Of a stretch of DNA of 33,542 nt, positions 25,585 through 33,542 are shown in pieces. The stretch lies in the NCBI GenBank assembly GCA_028288545.1, contig JAQBNQ010000298.1, forward strand, positions 1 to 33,542, given 5' to 3'. Position 1 is the first letter of the stretch; each line of letters begins with the position of its first letter. Origin of the DNA: Bacteroidota bacterium (GTDB lineage: Bacteria > Bacteroidota > Bacteroidia > Chitinophagales > LD1). Position numbers and translations under genes: made by a program. The notes under the pieces are model-generated. The model worked only from the letters and a program-made list of their open reading frames with translations, did no database searches and had not been told where the DNA came from.

Positions 25585-28500
25585 ATGAAAGCCAGATCAT
25601 TTTTTATTTTACTCTTTTCGGTTTTGTTTGCTGTTAGCCATGGCCAAACTCCAACCCGTCCGATTCAGATCATTCCTATCCAGGGTCTGCCTGCTAAACA
25701 AGCTCAACTTCAGGCTCCCCCTGCAAAAACCAATGGAGCCGCTAATGGCAGTTCTCAAAAAAATACGGCAACAGCAACTAACGCCGTAAGTACTGCGCCG
25801 CTTACATTCGAATCGTATCCTGATGATCCTTTCAAAGCAAGGATATACACATTGAAGAACGGCTTGAAAGTTTACATATCTGTAAACAAAGACGCCCCGC
25901 GCATTCAAACTTATGTAGCGGTAAAAGCCGGTTCAAAATTTGATCCTGCACAAACTACAGGACTTGCCCATTACCTGGAGCACATGATGTTTAAAGGGTC
26001 TCATGATTTTGGCACTAAAGACTGGAGCAAGGAAAAGGTGTTGCTCGATTCTGTTTCTGCTTATTTTGAAATGCACAAAAACGAAAAGGATGAAGCAAAA
26101 AAGAAATTGCTTTATGCCAAGATTGATTCGTTCTCTTACGAGGCTTCAAAACTGGCTATCCCTAATGAGTTTGATAAAATGATGAGTTCGATGGGAGCTA
26201 AAGGTACTAACGCTTTTACTTCTACCGACATGACGGTGTATGTTGATGATATTCCTTCAAACGGGCTTGAGAAGTTTTTAATGTTGGAAAGCAACAGGTT
26301 TGAAACAGCAGTACTCCGTTTGTTTCATACTGAATTAGAAACAGTTTATGAGGAGTTTAACCGTAACCAGGATAATGACCGCGTTTGGAGTGACCATGCT
26401 ATTGAAAATGCGCTATTACCTAATCACCCTTATGGAACGCAAACAACGATTGGCGAAGGAGAGCATTTGAAAAACCCGTCGATGGTTAATATTTATAACT
26501 ACTTCAACACTTATTATCGTCCTAATAATGTTGCAATCATTTTGTCGGGTGATATGGATCCTGATAAAACCGTTGCTATGGTTGAGAAATACTTTGGCAA
26601 TTGGAAACAAGGTCTAATACCTCAATTCATTAAAAAAGATGAGCCTGTAATTACCCAACCAATTATACGCGAATACAAAGGGCCGCAGCCAGAGCACGTT
26701 TTCATCGGGTATCGTTTTGATGGCGCTAACTCGCATGATGCATTAATGGTTAAGATGCTGGATGAGATATTATCAAACGGCGATGCCGGCTTAATTGACC
26801 TTGACCTTGTACAACAACAAAAAGTATTGAAGGCATATTCAAGCCCGGATGAGAATACGGATTACGTGATACATAAACTTTATGGTGAGCCAAAACAAGG
26901 CCAAACGCTGGAGCAGGTTAAGGATCTTTTGTTGGCGGAAATTGAGAAGGTAAAGAAAGGCGAATTTGGTGATTGGCTGATTCCGGCCATTATCCAAAAC
27001 CAAAAGTTACGCCGAATGAAGGCTGCAGAAAAGAACCAGGAGAAGGCGGGTTACATGATGGGCACCTTTGTACATAACGTTGACTGGAAAGATTGGGTGA
27101 ACGAGATAAAAGAAATGGAGAAGATCACCAAGGCCGATATAGTAAAATTTGCCAATGAGCGGTACGGAAATAACTACGCTGTGTGTTACAAACGCCAGGG
27201 GGACGCTACCGTTCACAAAGTAGATAAGCCGGCTATTACGGCGGTAGTAATGAACAAGTCGGACGTTTCTGATTTTAAAAAGACATGGGACAAATTACCT
27301 CAGCCTCCGGTATCTCCAAAGTTCCTCGATTTTGATAAGGACATTGTACACCGCAAACTTGCAGCTGGTGATGTTGCGTTTGATTACATCAAAAACGATG
27401 TGAACAAAACTTTTAGCCTTAGCTACCTCTTTGACATGGGTACAGATAATATTAAGAACCTGGGTGTAGCGGTTAACTACCTTCAATACCTGGGCACAGA
27501 TAAATATTCTGCCGAGCAGCTTAAGATTGAATTTTATAAACTGGGTCTCACATTTGGTGTAAGCAATGGCCGTGATAGAGTTGCTATTTCTTTATCAGGA
27601 CTCGAAGAAAACCTGGATAAGGGGATGGCCTTATTTGAGCAACTCCTGGCCAATGTAAAACCTGACAAGGAAGTTTATAGTTCACTGGTAGATGATATCC
27701 TTCAAAGCAGGGTAAATGCTAAGAAGAACAAGAATACCATACTACAGGGAGGGCTTGTTAACTACGCCAAGTACGGAACAGTGAATCCTTTTAACAACAC
27801 CATGAGCGAGGAGGAACTGAAATCGCAGGATATAAACAAACTGGTGGACCTTATCAAATCTGTAACCACTTACAAGCATCGCATTTTCTACTATGGTAAT
27901 CGCAGTGCAGATGAAGCAATTGCGGTGGTTAATAAACTTCACGCAGTTAAAGCTCCTTTAAAGGAATACCCTGTTGCCACAAAATATCCCGAGTTGCCGC
28001 TTAACGATACCAAAGTTTACGTGTGCTACTATCCAATGAAACAGGCGGAGATTGTAATGGTATCTAAAGATGTAATGTTTAATAAAGATCTTTTTCCGTC
28101 TGTCTATCTTTACAACGAGTATTATGGTTCGGGCTTATCGTCTATAATGTTTCAGGAGATACGCGAAAAGCAGGCTTTGGCATATTCTGTTTATAGCAGT
28201 TTTGGTGTACCTCAGTATGGCAATGAGTCGCACTACGTTACATCTTATGTAGGTACCCAGGCCGACAAATTAAAGACAGCGCTTACTGAAATGAACAAGC
28301 TGCTGAATAACATGCCCGAAGTGCCTCAGCAGTTTGAAGATGCAAAGGATAACGTTATAAAAACGCTCTCCACCGATTGGATAACCGGGGCTGACATTTA
28401 TTCTGCCTGGGATCGCGCCCGCAAACGCGGGTTGAATTACGATGTTAGAAAAGACGTTTACGAAAAAGCAAAAACTACCAGCTTAGGCAATATTCACGAT

Positions 28501-28635
28501 TTCTTTAACCAGCACATTAAAGGCAAAAAATTCAGTTACCTGGTTATCGGTAAAAAGGAAGATTTGAATATGGATGTGCTAAAGGAAATTGGCCCCGTGC
28601 AAGAAGTAAGCACTAAGGAATTATTCGGCTACTAG
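25585..28635 (+). CDS. Secreted M16-family (insulinase/pitrilysin-like) zinc metallopeptidase, two-lobed, 1016 aa
   Basis: It has a signal peptide and the inverted zinc motif GLAHYLEHMMFKGS (HxxEH). The length is consistent with fused active plus inactive M16 halves. Confidence 0.9.
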   Translation: MKARSFFILLFSVLFAVSHGQTPTRPIQIIPIQGLPAKQAQLQAPPAKTNGAANGSSQKNTATATNAVSTAPLTFESYPDDPFKARIYTLKNGLKVYISVNKDAPRIQTYVAVKAGSKFDPAQTTGLAHYLEHMMFKGSHDFGTKDWSKEKVLLDSVSAYFEMHKNEKDEAKKKLLYAKIDSFSYEASKLAIPNEFDKMMSSMGAKGTNAFTSTDMTVYVDDIPSNGLEKFLMLESNRFETAVLRLFHTELETVYEEFNRNQDNDRVWSDHAIENALLPNHPYGTQTTIGEGEHLKNPSMVNIYNYFNTYYRPNNVAIILSGDMDPDKTVAMVEKYFGNWKQGLIPQFIKKDEPVITQPIIREYKGPQPEHVFIGYRFDGANSHDALMVKMLDEILSNGDAGLIDLDLVQQQKVLKAYSSPDENTDYVIHKLYGEPKQGQTLEQVKDLLLAEIEKVKKGEFGDWLIPAIIQNQKLRRMKAAEKNQEKAGYMMGTFVHNVDWKDWVNEIKEMEKITKADIVKFANERYGNNYAVCYKRQGDATVHKVDKPAITAVVMNKSDVSDFKKTWDKLPQPPVSPKFLDFDKDIVHRKLAAGDVAFDYIKNDVNKTFSLSYLFDMGTDNIKNLGVAVNYLQYLGTDKYSAEQLKIEFYKLGLTFGVSNGRDRVAISLSGLEENLDKGMALFEQLLANVKPDKEVYSSLVDDILQSRVNAKKNKNTILQGGLVNYAKYGTVNPFNNTMSEEELKSQDINKLVDLIKSVTTYKHRIFYYGNRSADEAIAVVNKLHAVKAPLKEYPVATKYPELPLNDTKVYVCYYPMKQAEIVMVSKDVMFNKDLFPSVYLYNEYYGSGLSSIMFQEIREKQALAYSVYSSFGVPQYGNESHYVTSYVGTQADKLKTALTEMNKLLNNMPEVPQQFEDAKDNVIKTLSTDWITGADIYSAWDRARKRGLNYDVRKDVYEKAKTTSLGNIHDFFNQHIKGKKFSYLVIGKKEDLNMDVLKEIGPVQEVSTKELFGY

Positions 28636-28655
28636 AATCCCATTTACCTGAAATT

Positions 28656-28690
28656 AAAAACGCACTTCATTACCGAAGTGCGTTTTTTTA
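28656..28690 (+). terminator. Rho-independent terminator
   Basis: aaaaacgcacttc (28656-28668) pairs with gaagtgcgttttt (28675-28687) around loop attacc. The T-run continues to 28689. Confidence 0.85.
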
Positions 28691-28902
28691 TGCCTTAACC
28701 TGCTTGGCTGTTTTGCCTTTAAAGTCCTCCTTCGGGGGATTTAGGGGGCCGGGCCGGATAGTTTCTATTTTAGACAGTTTTTCGACAAATAAATTATAAT
28801 TTTAAAACTATGCATTTTATTGAACTGTAGCTGATTAAGTATGGAATTAGAGATTTTTAGGCCAGGAATAATTGCAAGAAAGTAGAAACTCTTTTTTGAC
28901 CC

Positions 28903-29475
28903 TTATTGAGGCAGCGAATCGGCTTTGCAGGGGCTGTCTACCGAATCGCCGGGGTTAAGACTATTGTGCCTGTCAATAGCCACCTGTATGGAGTTATTAA
29001 ACGCCGGCGCGCCAAAATGCTCGGGACAAAGCGCAGTGTTGTTATTTAATATAATGGCAAAGTTGATGATGCCTGTGGGGTTGATGCGGCCCAGGATTGT
29101 TCCGGGGTTAAGCGTATCGTTTACGTGCACATTCAGATTGACAATACCCGAATAAACAAAGGTGTATATAGAGCGCGGCTTGTATAATACACGAATAGTA
29201 TTTCCATGGGCATCAGGTGTAATGGAGGTAATCTTTCCTATGCTGGCTGATATTATACTTTGGTTGGTGTTTGCAAGATGAATTTCATATCCTTTATGGA
29301 GGCCTGTGCTATCTGCCTCCCCAAACGGGATGAATTTTGTAACCGAAGCAAAACTGATGATAGGATAGATAAGGGTAGGTATGGATATGTCAGGCTGTGG
29401 CCCTTCGGGCTGCGATGGCTTTTTACAACTACCCGCCCAAAAGATCAAAAACATAAACACAAAAAAAAGTCTCAT
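28903..29475 (-). CDS. Lipoprotein with degenerate LytM/M23-like domain (190 aa from internal ATG 29475)
   Basis: MRLFFVFMFLIFWAGSC is a lipoprotein signal. HKGYEI...GKITSI...GNTIRVLYKPRSIYTFVYSGIVNLNVHVNDTLNPGTILGRINPTGIINFAIIL follows the M23 layout, but the final HxH is replaced (INFAII). A -7 box at 29494-29501 supports the shorter start. Confidence 0.6.
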   Translation of the reverse strand: MRLFFVFMFLIFWAGSCKKPSQPEGPQPDISIPTLIYPIISFASVTKFIPFGEADSTGLHKGYEIHLANTNQSIISASIGKITSITPDAHGNTIRVLYKPRSIYTFVYSGIVNLNVHVNDTLNPGTILGRINPTGIINFAIILNNNTALCPEHFGAPAFNNSIQVAIDRHNSLNPGDSVDSPCKADSLPQ

Positions 29476-29493
29476 CGCCTGCCACATGTATCT

Positions 29494-29501
29494 CAAAAAT
29501 A
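29494..29501 (-). promoter_or_regulatory. Candidate -7 promoter box (TAnnTTTG on minus strand) for the LytM-like lipoprotein gene
   Basis: caaaaata on the plus strand is TATTTTTG on the minus strand. It lies 19 nt upstream of ATG 29475 and inside the longer track ORF. Confidence 0.35.
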
Positions 29502-29735
29502 TCATTTTGCCATAGTGAACGAAAGTAATCTGTAATAGTTACTTGTCCCTTAACTGATTGTAATCAATAATCCGCCGTGCAGTATAACTTAACGCTAAAT
29601 TTTCAGTTAAATTTCCCGAACAATCAAAAGGGTGCTTCACTATTACCAATGGGGAGTTATTGATGTCTAAATTATAATTTTTTCTGTCACTGCAATGCAG
29701 AATGCTGTATTCTTAACCTACTAATGTTTTTTCAA

Positions 29736-29743
29736 TAAATTTG
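29736..29743 (+). promoter_or_regulatory. Candidate -7 promoter box (TAnnTTTG) for the E2 gene
   Basis: taaatttg lies 22 nt upstream of ATG 29765 and overlaps the TTG (29741) that the ORF track used as a start. Confidence 0.4.
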
Positions 29744-29764
29744 TCTCCAATACAAAAACCTCTT

Positions 29765-31000
29765 ATGGCCGAAGCGATACAACTTGGAAGAATGACCGAT
29801 ACGATGGAGGAAGGCTTTATTGCCGAATTGAACGTAAAAGTGGGCGATAAAATAAAATCGGGCGACACTATTGCCGAAATAGAAACCGATAAGGCCACTT
29901 TACCACTTGAATCTTATTATAACGGCACCATTTTACATGTGGCAGCCAAAAAAGGCGATACCCTTAAAATTGGTGATCTGATTGCTGTGGTTGGTAAAGA
30001 AGGCGAGGATTTTTCGGCTTTGCTAAAACCGGCGGATACTAAACCTGCGGAAAAGCCTGTAGAGAAAGTTGTGGAGACCGAACCTGCGGTAAGCGGAAAT
30101 AATTTAGTTGCAGAGAAGAAAAGTGAAAAGCAGGAAATAGTAAAGGAAGCCCCTGCCCAAACGACGGATGATGGAAGAGTTAAAGCATCGCCTCTTGCAC
30201 GTACCATTGCCAAAGAAAAAGGCATCGACCTTGCCAAAGTAAAGGGCAGCGGCGAAGAGGGCAGAATAGTAAAACGCGATTTGGAAAGTGTTGCCACAGC
30301 CCCTGCATTTGTTGGTAAGGAAAGTTCGCGCGAGGTAAGGGTTAGCCAAATGCGCAAGGCAATTGCCAAGCGCCTCAGCGAAAGCAAAAACGGGGCACCG
30401 CACTTTTATCTTACTGTTGATGTAAATATGGACAATGCTGTTGCCCTGCGCACTCAACTTAATGCGGTTCTTCCCACTAAAGTTTCTTTTAACGATATTG
30501 TTATTAAAGGCGTGGCACTTGCCTTGCGCCAGTATCCAAACGTAAATTGCTCATGGCTGGGGGATACTATCCGGTACTATGATCACATTCATATTGGTAT
30601 GGCCGTGGCGGTTGAAGATGGTTTGCTGGTACCCGTAATAAAATTTGCCGATGGTAAAACAGTTCAGCAGATAGGGGCGGAGGCTAAGGCACTGGCCGAA
30701 AAGGCTACTTCTAAAAAGCTGTTGCCAACGGATATGGAAGGAAACACTTTTACAATTTCTAACCTGGGTATGTTTGGCATTGAGGAGTTTACCGCTATTA
30801 TCAATCCACCCGATGCCTGTATACTGGCTGTTGGTGCTATACGCCAGGAGCCAGGCGTAGTGAATGGCGAAATTAAAGTGATTAATAAAATGAAGCTAAC
30901 CTTAAGCTGCGATCACCGTGTGGTTGACGGGGCTACAGGCGCTAAGTTTATGCAAATCCTTAAAAAAGTGTTGGAAGAACCTGTCAGGGTGTTACTCTAA
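29765..31000 (+). CDS. 2-oxoacid (pyruvate-type) dehydrogenase complex E2, dihydrolipoamide acyltransferase
   Basis: Lipoyl domain MAEAIQLGRMTDTMEEG...IAEIETDKATL, E3/E1-binding domain ASPLARTIAKEKGIDLAKVKGSGEEGRIVKRDL, and catalytic motif LSCDHRVVDGA. The start was moved to ATG 29765. Confidence 0.9.
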   Translation: MAEAIQLGRMTDTMEEGFIAELNVKVGDKIKSGDTIAEIETDKATLPLESYYNGTILHVAAKKGDTLKIGDLIAVVGKEGEDFSALLKPADTKPAEKPVEKVVETEPAVSGNNLVAEKKSEKQEIVKEAPAQTTDDGRVKASPLARTIAKEKGIDLAKVKGSGEEGRIVKRDLESVATAPAFVGKESSREVRVSQMRKAIAKRLSESKNGAPHFYLTVDVNMDNAVALRTQLNAVLPTKVSFNDIVIKGVALALRQYPNVNCSWLGDTIRYYDHIHIGMAVAVEDGLLVPVIKFADGKTVQQIGAEAKALAEKATSKKLLPTDMEGNTFTISNLGMFGIEEFTAIINPPDACILAVGAIRQEPGVVNGEIKVINKMKLTLSCDHRVVDGATGAKFMQILKKVLEEPVRVLL

Positions 31001-31312
31001 AGTAACGTAAGCAATAGATTCGACAGGAATATCCCGTCCGTCTTTCAACAATACAAATTGTTCTGTTGCGCCCCAAATTTCGGTAAGCACTTCGTTATAG
31101 CCTTCAATAGTGTTGAATACGATTTTTACATTGCTTTTGGGGCTTTTGCTCAAAAGCATGGATAAATGCAACTTCCGGCTGCGTTCGCGCAGGTCGCAAT
31201 CGGTTGAATAGCCTTGAGATTTGACAAAAGAACAAACGTTCAATTGCACCTTTTCTATCCTTTTAATGTCATTTTTCGATGGGGGCATCATAAGCATTGT
31301 TTTGTACGGCAT
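30992..31312 (-). CDS. Hypothetical small protein (106 aa); weak resemblance in layout to Rof/YaeO-type Rho-binding antiterminators
   Basis: An ORF with an ATG start, convergent with the E2 gene and overlapping it by 9 nt. The pattern C-D..., KIVF, ...EQFVLLKDGRDIPVESIAYV is reminiscent of Rof-like proteins but not convincing. Confidence 0.45.
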   Translation of the reverse strand: MPYKTMLMMPPSKNDIKRIEKVQLNVCSFVKSQGYSTDCDLRERSRKLHLSMLLSKSPKSNVKIVFNTIEGYNEVLTEIWGATEQFVLLKDGRDIPVESIAYVTLE

Positions 31313-31361
31313 ATGCGCTCAAAATGTTTCCTATGAGCCTGATTTTGAAACTAAATTCATT

Positions 31362-31369
31362 TAGGTTTG
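31362..31369 (+). promoter_or_regulatory. Candidate -7 promoter box (TAnnTTTG) for the CoA-binding protein gene
   Basis: taggtttg lies 19 nt upstream of ATG 31388 and overlaps the TTG (31367) that the ORF track used as a start. Confidence 0.4.
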
Positions 31370-31387
31370 TTTCCAATAAAAGCAATT

Positions 31388-31741
31388 ATGAAAACCTTAG
31401 TCCTCGGAGCATCCACAAATCCTTCCCGTTATTCTAACAGGGCAATAAACCTTTTACGGGCGCATAAGCACGAAGTGGTGGCTGTTGGTTTAGATGAGGG
31501 TAAGGTGGGGGATGTGAAAATTCTGCACGATTTTCCGAACGAAGAAATTGATACGGTAACTATGTACCTGAACCCCGAAAGGCAGCACGGCTATTACGAT
31601 AAAATAATAAACGCAAAACCCCGCCGCATTATCTTTAACCCCGGCGCCGAAAACCCGGAACTCGAAAAGCTGGCTGCCCAAAACAATATCCTCACCGAAG
31701 AAGCCTGCACTTTGGTTTTATTGAATACAGGACAGTATTGA
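31388..31741 (+). CDS. CoA-binding domain protein (YccU/YneT-like), 117 aa
   Basis: MKTLVLGASTNPSRYSNRAINLLRAHKHEVVAVG...IDTVTMYLNP...RRIIFNPGAEN matches the small CoA_binding Rossmann-like family pattern. Confidence 0.7.
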   Translation: MKTLVLGASTNPSRYSNRAINLLRAHKHEVVAVGLDEGKVGDVKILHDFPNEEIDTVTMYLNPERQHGYYDKIINAKPRRIIFNPGAENPELEKLAAQNNILTEEACTLVLLNTGQY

Positions 31742-31847
31742 GTAATTAGAATGACTATATTTTTGTTTTCCTAACGTTGCGAGGGGTCCCTTTCCGGGCA
31801 TCGCAATGGGACGTATGAGCCCAACTACCAATTTCTAAATACTATAT

Positions 31848-31855
31848 TAGATTTG
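31848..31855 (+). promoter_or_regulatory. Candidate -7 promoter box (TAnnTTTG) for the SDR gene
   Basis: tagatttg lies 44 nt upstream of ATG 31899. Confidence 0.35.
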
Positions 31856-31898
31856 CCCTTATCTAACTACTCAATACTAAAACTAAATACTCACCAAA

Positions 31899-32780
31899 AT
31901 GGCCAACACAGAAGGAATGCTTAAAGAAGGATCGCTGAAGGGTAGAACAATTATTATCACCGGCGGCGGAACAGGTCTGGGAAAATCAATGACCAAATAT
32001 TTTCTGACGCTTGGCGCTAACGTGGTAATTAGCAGCCGTAAGATAGATGTGTTAAAGGCAACGGCGGATGAATTGATGAAGGAAACAGGTGGCCAGGTAT
32101 TGGCCGTGCAGTGCGATGTGCGCAAATACGACGAAGTAGAGGCGATGCTGGCTGCTACTTTAGCTAAATTTGGCAAAGTAGATACCCTTGTAAACAACGC
32201 CGCAGGCAATTTTATCAGCCCTACCGAAAGATTGAGCGCCCGCGCATTTGATACGGTTGTAGATATAGTTTTGCGCGGCTCATATAATTGCACCCTGGCA
32301 CTTGGCAAGCATTGGTTAAAAGAAAAGCAAACAGATAAAACAATACTTAGTATTGTAACTACATACGCCTGGACAGGCTCGGCATTTGTCGTTCCTTCTG
32401 CCTGTGCCAAGGCCGGCGTATTGGCCATGACACGTTCGTTGGCTGTTGAATGGGGTAACCGCGGAATAAGATTGAACGCTATTGCACCAGGGCCATTCCC
32501 AACCAAAGGTGCCTGGGACCGTTTAGTGCCGGGAGAGTTCCGCGAAAAATTTGATCTTAAAAATAAAGTGCCACTGGGCAGGGTAGGCGAGCACCAGGAA
32601 TTGTGCAACCTGGCAGGTTTCCTTATTTCGGGTTATTCAGGATATATCAATGGCGATTGTATAACTATTGATGGCGGCGAATGGCTGAAGGGCGCAGGAG
32701 AATTCAACATGTTCAGCGAAATCACAGCAGATCAATGGGATGCCATTGAGATGATGGTGCGCGGCGCTAAAAGCGAATAA
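31899..32780 (+). CDS. Short-chain dehydrogenase/reductase, 2,4-dienoyl-CoA reductase-like
   Basis: LKGRTIIITGGGTGLGKS (TGxxxGxG), NNAAGNF, SACAKAGVLAMTRSLAVEW and NAIAPGP form the classical SDR layout, resembling the DECR-type subfamily. Confidence 0.85.
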   Translation: MANTEGMLKEGSLKGRTIIITGGGTGLGKSMTKYFLTLGANVVISSRKIDVLKATADELMKETGGQVLAVQCDVRKYDEVEAMLAATLAKFGKVDTLVNNAAGNFISPTERLSARAFDTVVDIVLRGSYNCTLALGKHWLKEKQTDKTILSIVTTYAWTGSAFVVPSACAKAGVLAMTRSLAVEWGNRGIRLNAIAPGPFPTKGAWDRLVPGEFREKFDLKNKVPLGRVGEHQELCNLAGFLISGYSGYINGDCITIDGGEWLKGAGEFNMFSEITADQWDAIEMMVRGAKSE

Positions 32781-32931
32781 TACAGCAACAGGATAACTTC
32801 TTGCGGGGAAGAAGAGGGCTTACTAATTTATCTCTGCTACAAACATCAAAACCGGCGTTAACATAAAATTTTGCGGCTTTCCGCAATTCGTTTAAGTCTC
32901 ATATTTTTTAACATTAAATATTCTTCGTTTT

Positions 32932-32939
32932 TATATTTG
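32932..32939 (+). promoter_or_regulatory. Candidate -7 promoter box (TAnnTTTG) upstream of the partial beta-propeller-repeat gene
   Basis: tatatttg lies 71 nt upstream of ATG 33010 and is immediately followed by the 10-bp palindrome gttgcgcaac. Confidence 0.3.
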
Positions 32940-33009
32940 TTGCGCAACTTTACGTAATAGCTTTTATACCGGCGTCCGTTTTCAATTTCGTAACATAACC
33001 CCCCATGTC

Positions 33010-33542
33010 ATGAAAAACGCCATCCGCCTCCTCATTTTCTTCTCTTTTATTATTACAACACCGGCTTTACTAAACGCCCAAACCCTGGTTAACCGACAAT
33101 TCGTTGCCACGCTTGGCCATCCAACCCTCCAATTTCCCTTTATAAACGGTGCCAGCGATGGCAGCAATTTTGTACTGGTAGAAAACCAATACATAACAGG
33201 CCAGCCTTCCGGCTTTAAGATTGGGAAACTGGATGGCAGCGGCAATTTTGTTTGGACCAACCAGTTTAGTACTACCGATAATGATTATGCTACAGATTTA
33301 TTCATTAATAATGACGGATACATATATGTTACCGGGTTTAACTGGGATAGTGCTACAAGCAGAGCGGTTTTTAACATGGTTAAGTTTAGGGAGGACAACG
33401 GTGACACGGTATTTAGCAGGCAGTACCATGGAAGTTATGGAGGCTATGATGCGGCCGCAGTAATAATGGCTGACGACACTGGCAACATATTTGTTGCGGG
33501 TACCGAACAGGTTGGCAGTCTTGACTACGAAATGACATTAAT
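33010..33542 (+). CDS. Secreted beta-propeller (SBBP-like) repeat protein, 3'-truncated by the window end
   Basis: This ORF is absent from the ORF track because it has no stop. My own translation from ATG 33010 is open to the window end: MKNAIRLLIFFSFIITTPALLNAQ (signal peptide), then repeats such as DNDYATDLFINNDGYIYVTGF and YDAAAVIMADDTGNIFVAGT. It contradicts the antisense track ORF 32982..33260. Confidence 0.65.
   Translation, partial: MKNAIRLLIFFSFIITTPALLNAQTLVNRQFVATLGHPTLQFPFINGASDGSNFVLVENQYITGQPSGFKIGKLDGSGNFVWTNQFSTTDNDYATDLFINNDGYIYVTGFNWDSATSRAVFNMVKFREDNGDTVFSRQYHGSYGGYDAAAVIMADDTGNIFVAGTEQVGSLDYEMTL

Noticed and set aside
28725-28760. G-rich stretch with a possible UUCG tetraloop hairpin (tcctccttcgggggat...ggggccgggccgg) downstream of the M16 terminator, considered as an ncRNA or second terminator
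   Set aside because: Only ~4 contiguous pairs form (one of them G-U). There is no T-tail and no recognisable RNA family signature.
29458-29468. A8/T8 homopolymer in the signal-peptide region of the LytM-like lipoprotein gene, considered as a phase-variation tract
   Set aside because: Eight residues is short for slipped-strand switching. T-rich codons (Phe/Leu) are expected in a signal peptide, and there is no supporting evidence.
29917-30457. Minus-strand ORFs of 156 and 117 aa inside the E2 gene
   Set aside because: They are antisense to a gene with lipoyl, subunit-binding and catalytic (DHRVVDG) motifs, and nothing supports them.
31770-31810. Inverted repeat ttgcga...tcgcaa downstream of the CoA-binding protein gene, considered as a terminator or repeat element
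   Set aside because: The stem is only 6 bp around a ~20-nt loop, there is no T-run, and no second copy was seen in the window.
31883-32608. 241-aa minus-strand ORF covering most of the SDR gene
   Set aside because: The plus-strand frame carries canonical SDR motifs (TGGGTGLGK, NNAAG, AKAGV, PGP). The antisense product is S/P/A-rich with no motif.
32982-33463. Track ORFs 32982..33260 (-) and 33221..33463 (+, frame 2)
   Set aside because: Frame 1 from ATG 33010 is open to the window end. It encodes a signal peptide plus beta-propeller-like repeats, so the two track ORFs are overlapping alternate-frame or antisense artefacts.

Overview
This 33.5-kb segment is most consistent with a Bacteroidota chromosome. 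Evidence: gldM-gldN gliding/T9SS core genes, T9SS C-terminal sorting domains, TAnnTTTG -7 promoter boxes about 20-45 nt upstream of several starts, and almost no Shine-Dalgarno sequences. No tools were run, so every family assignment comes from reading the translations by eye. No tRNA, rRNA, CRISPR array, transposase or integrase was seen.

Left third (1-11.2 kb): an accessory-looking cluster of three paralogous secreted collagen-like (Gly-X-Thr) fibre proteins. The first ends in a gC1q/TNF-like head. The other two end in a shared uncharacterised C-terminal module, and each is preceded by a tiny T9SS-sorted mini-protein. All of these units end in strong rho-independent terminators.

Middle (11.2-16.4 kb): a three-gene module bounded by a terminator and made only of large polytopic membrane proteins. 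It holds a Gcr-like 'site-specific recombinase' family membrane protein plus two paralogous ~8-TM proteins, one with a C-terminal winged helix. I consider this the best candidate for an undescribed system, together with the fibre cassettes.

Right half: a lipoprotein, gldM-gldN without gldK/gldL, lspA (TTG start), an HTTM-like membrane protein, and an XRE regulator next to a mini HExxH protein. Then come dnaX, an M16 peptidase, a degenerate LytM-like lipoprotein, a 2-oxoacid dehydrogenase E2, a CoA-binding protein, an SDR reductase and a 3'-truncated beta-propeller-repeat gene. dnaX carries an A10 / A-AAA-AAG putative recoding site at the domain III/linker boundary.
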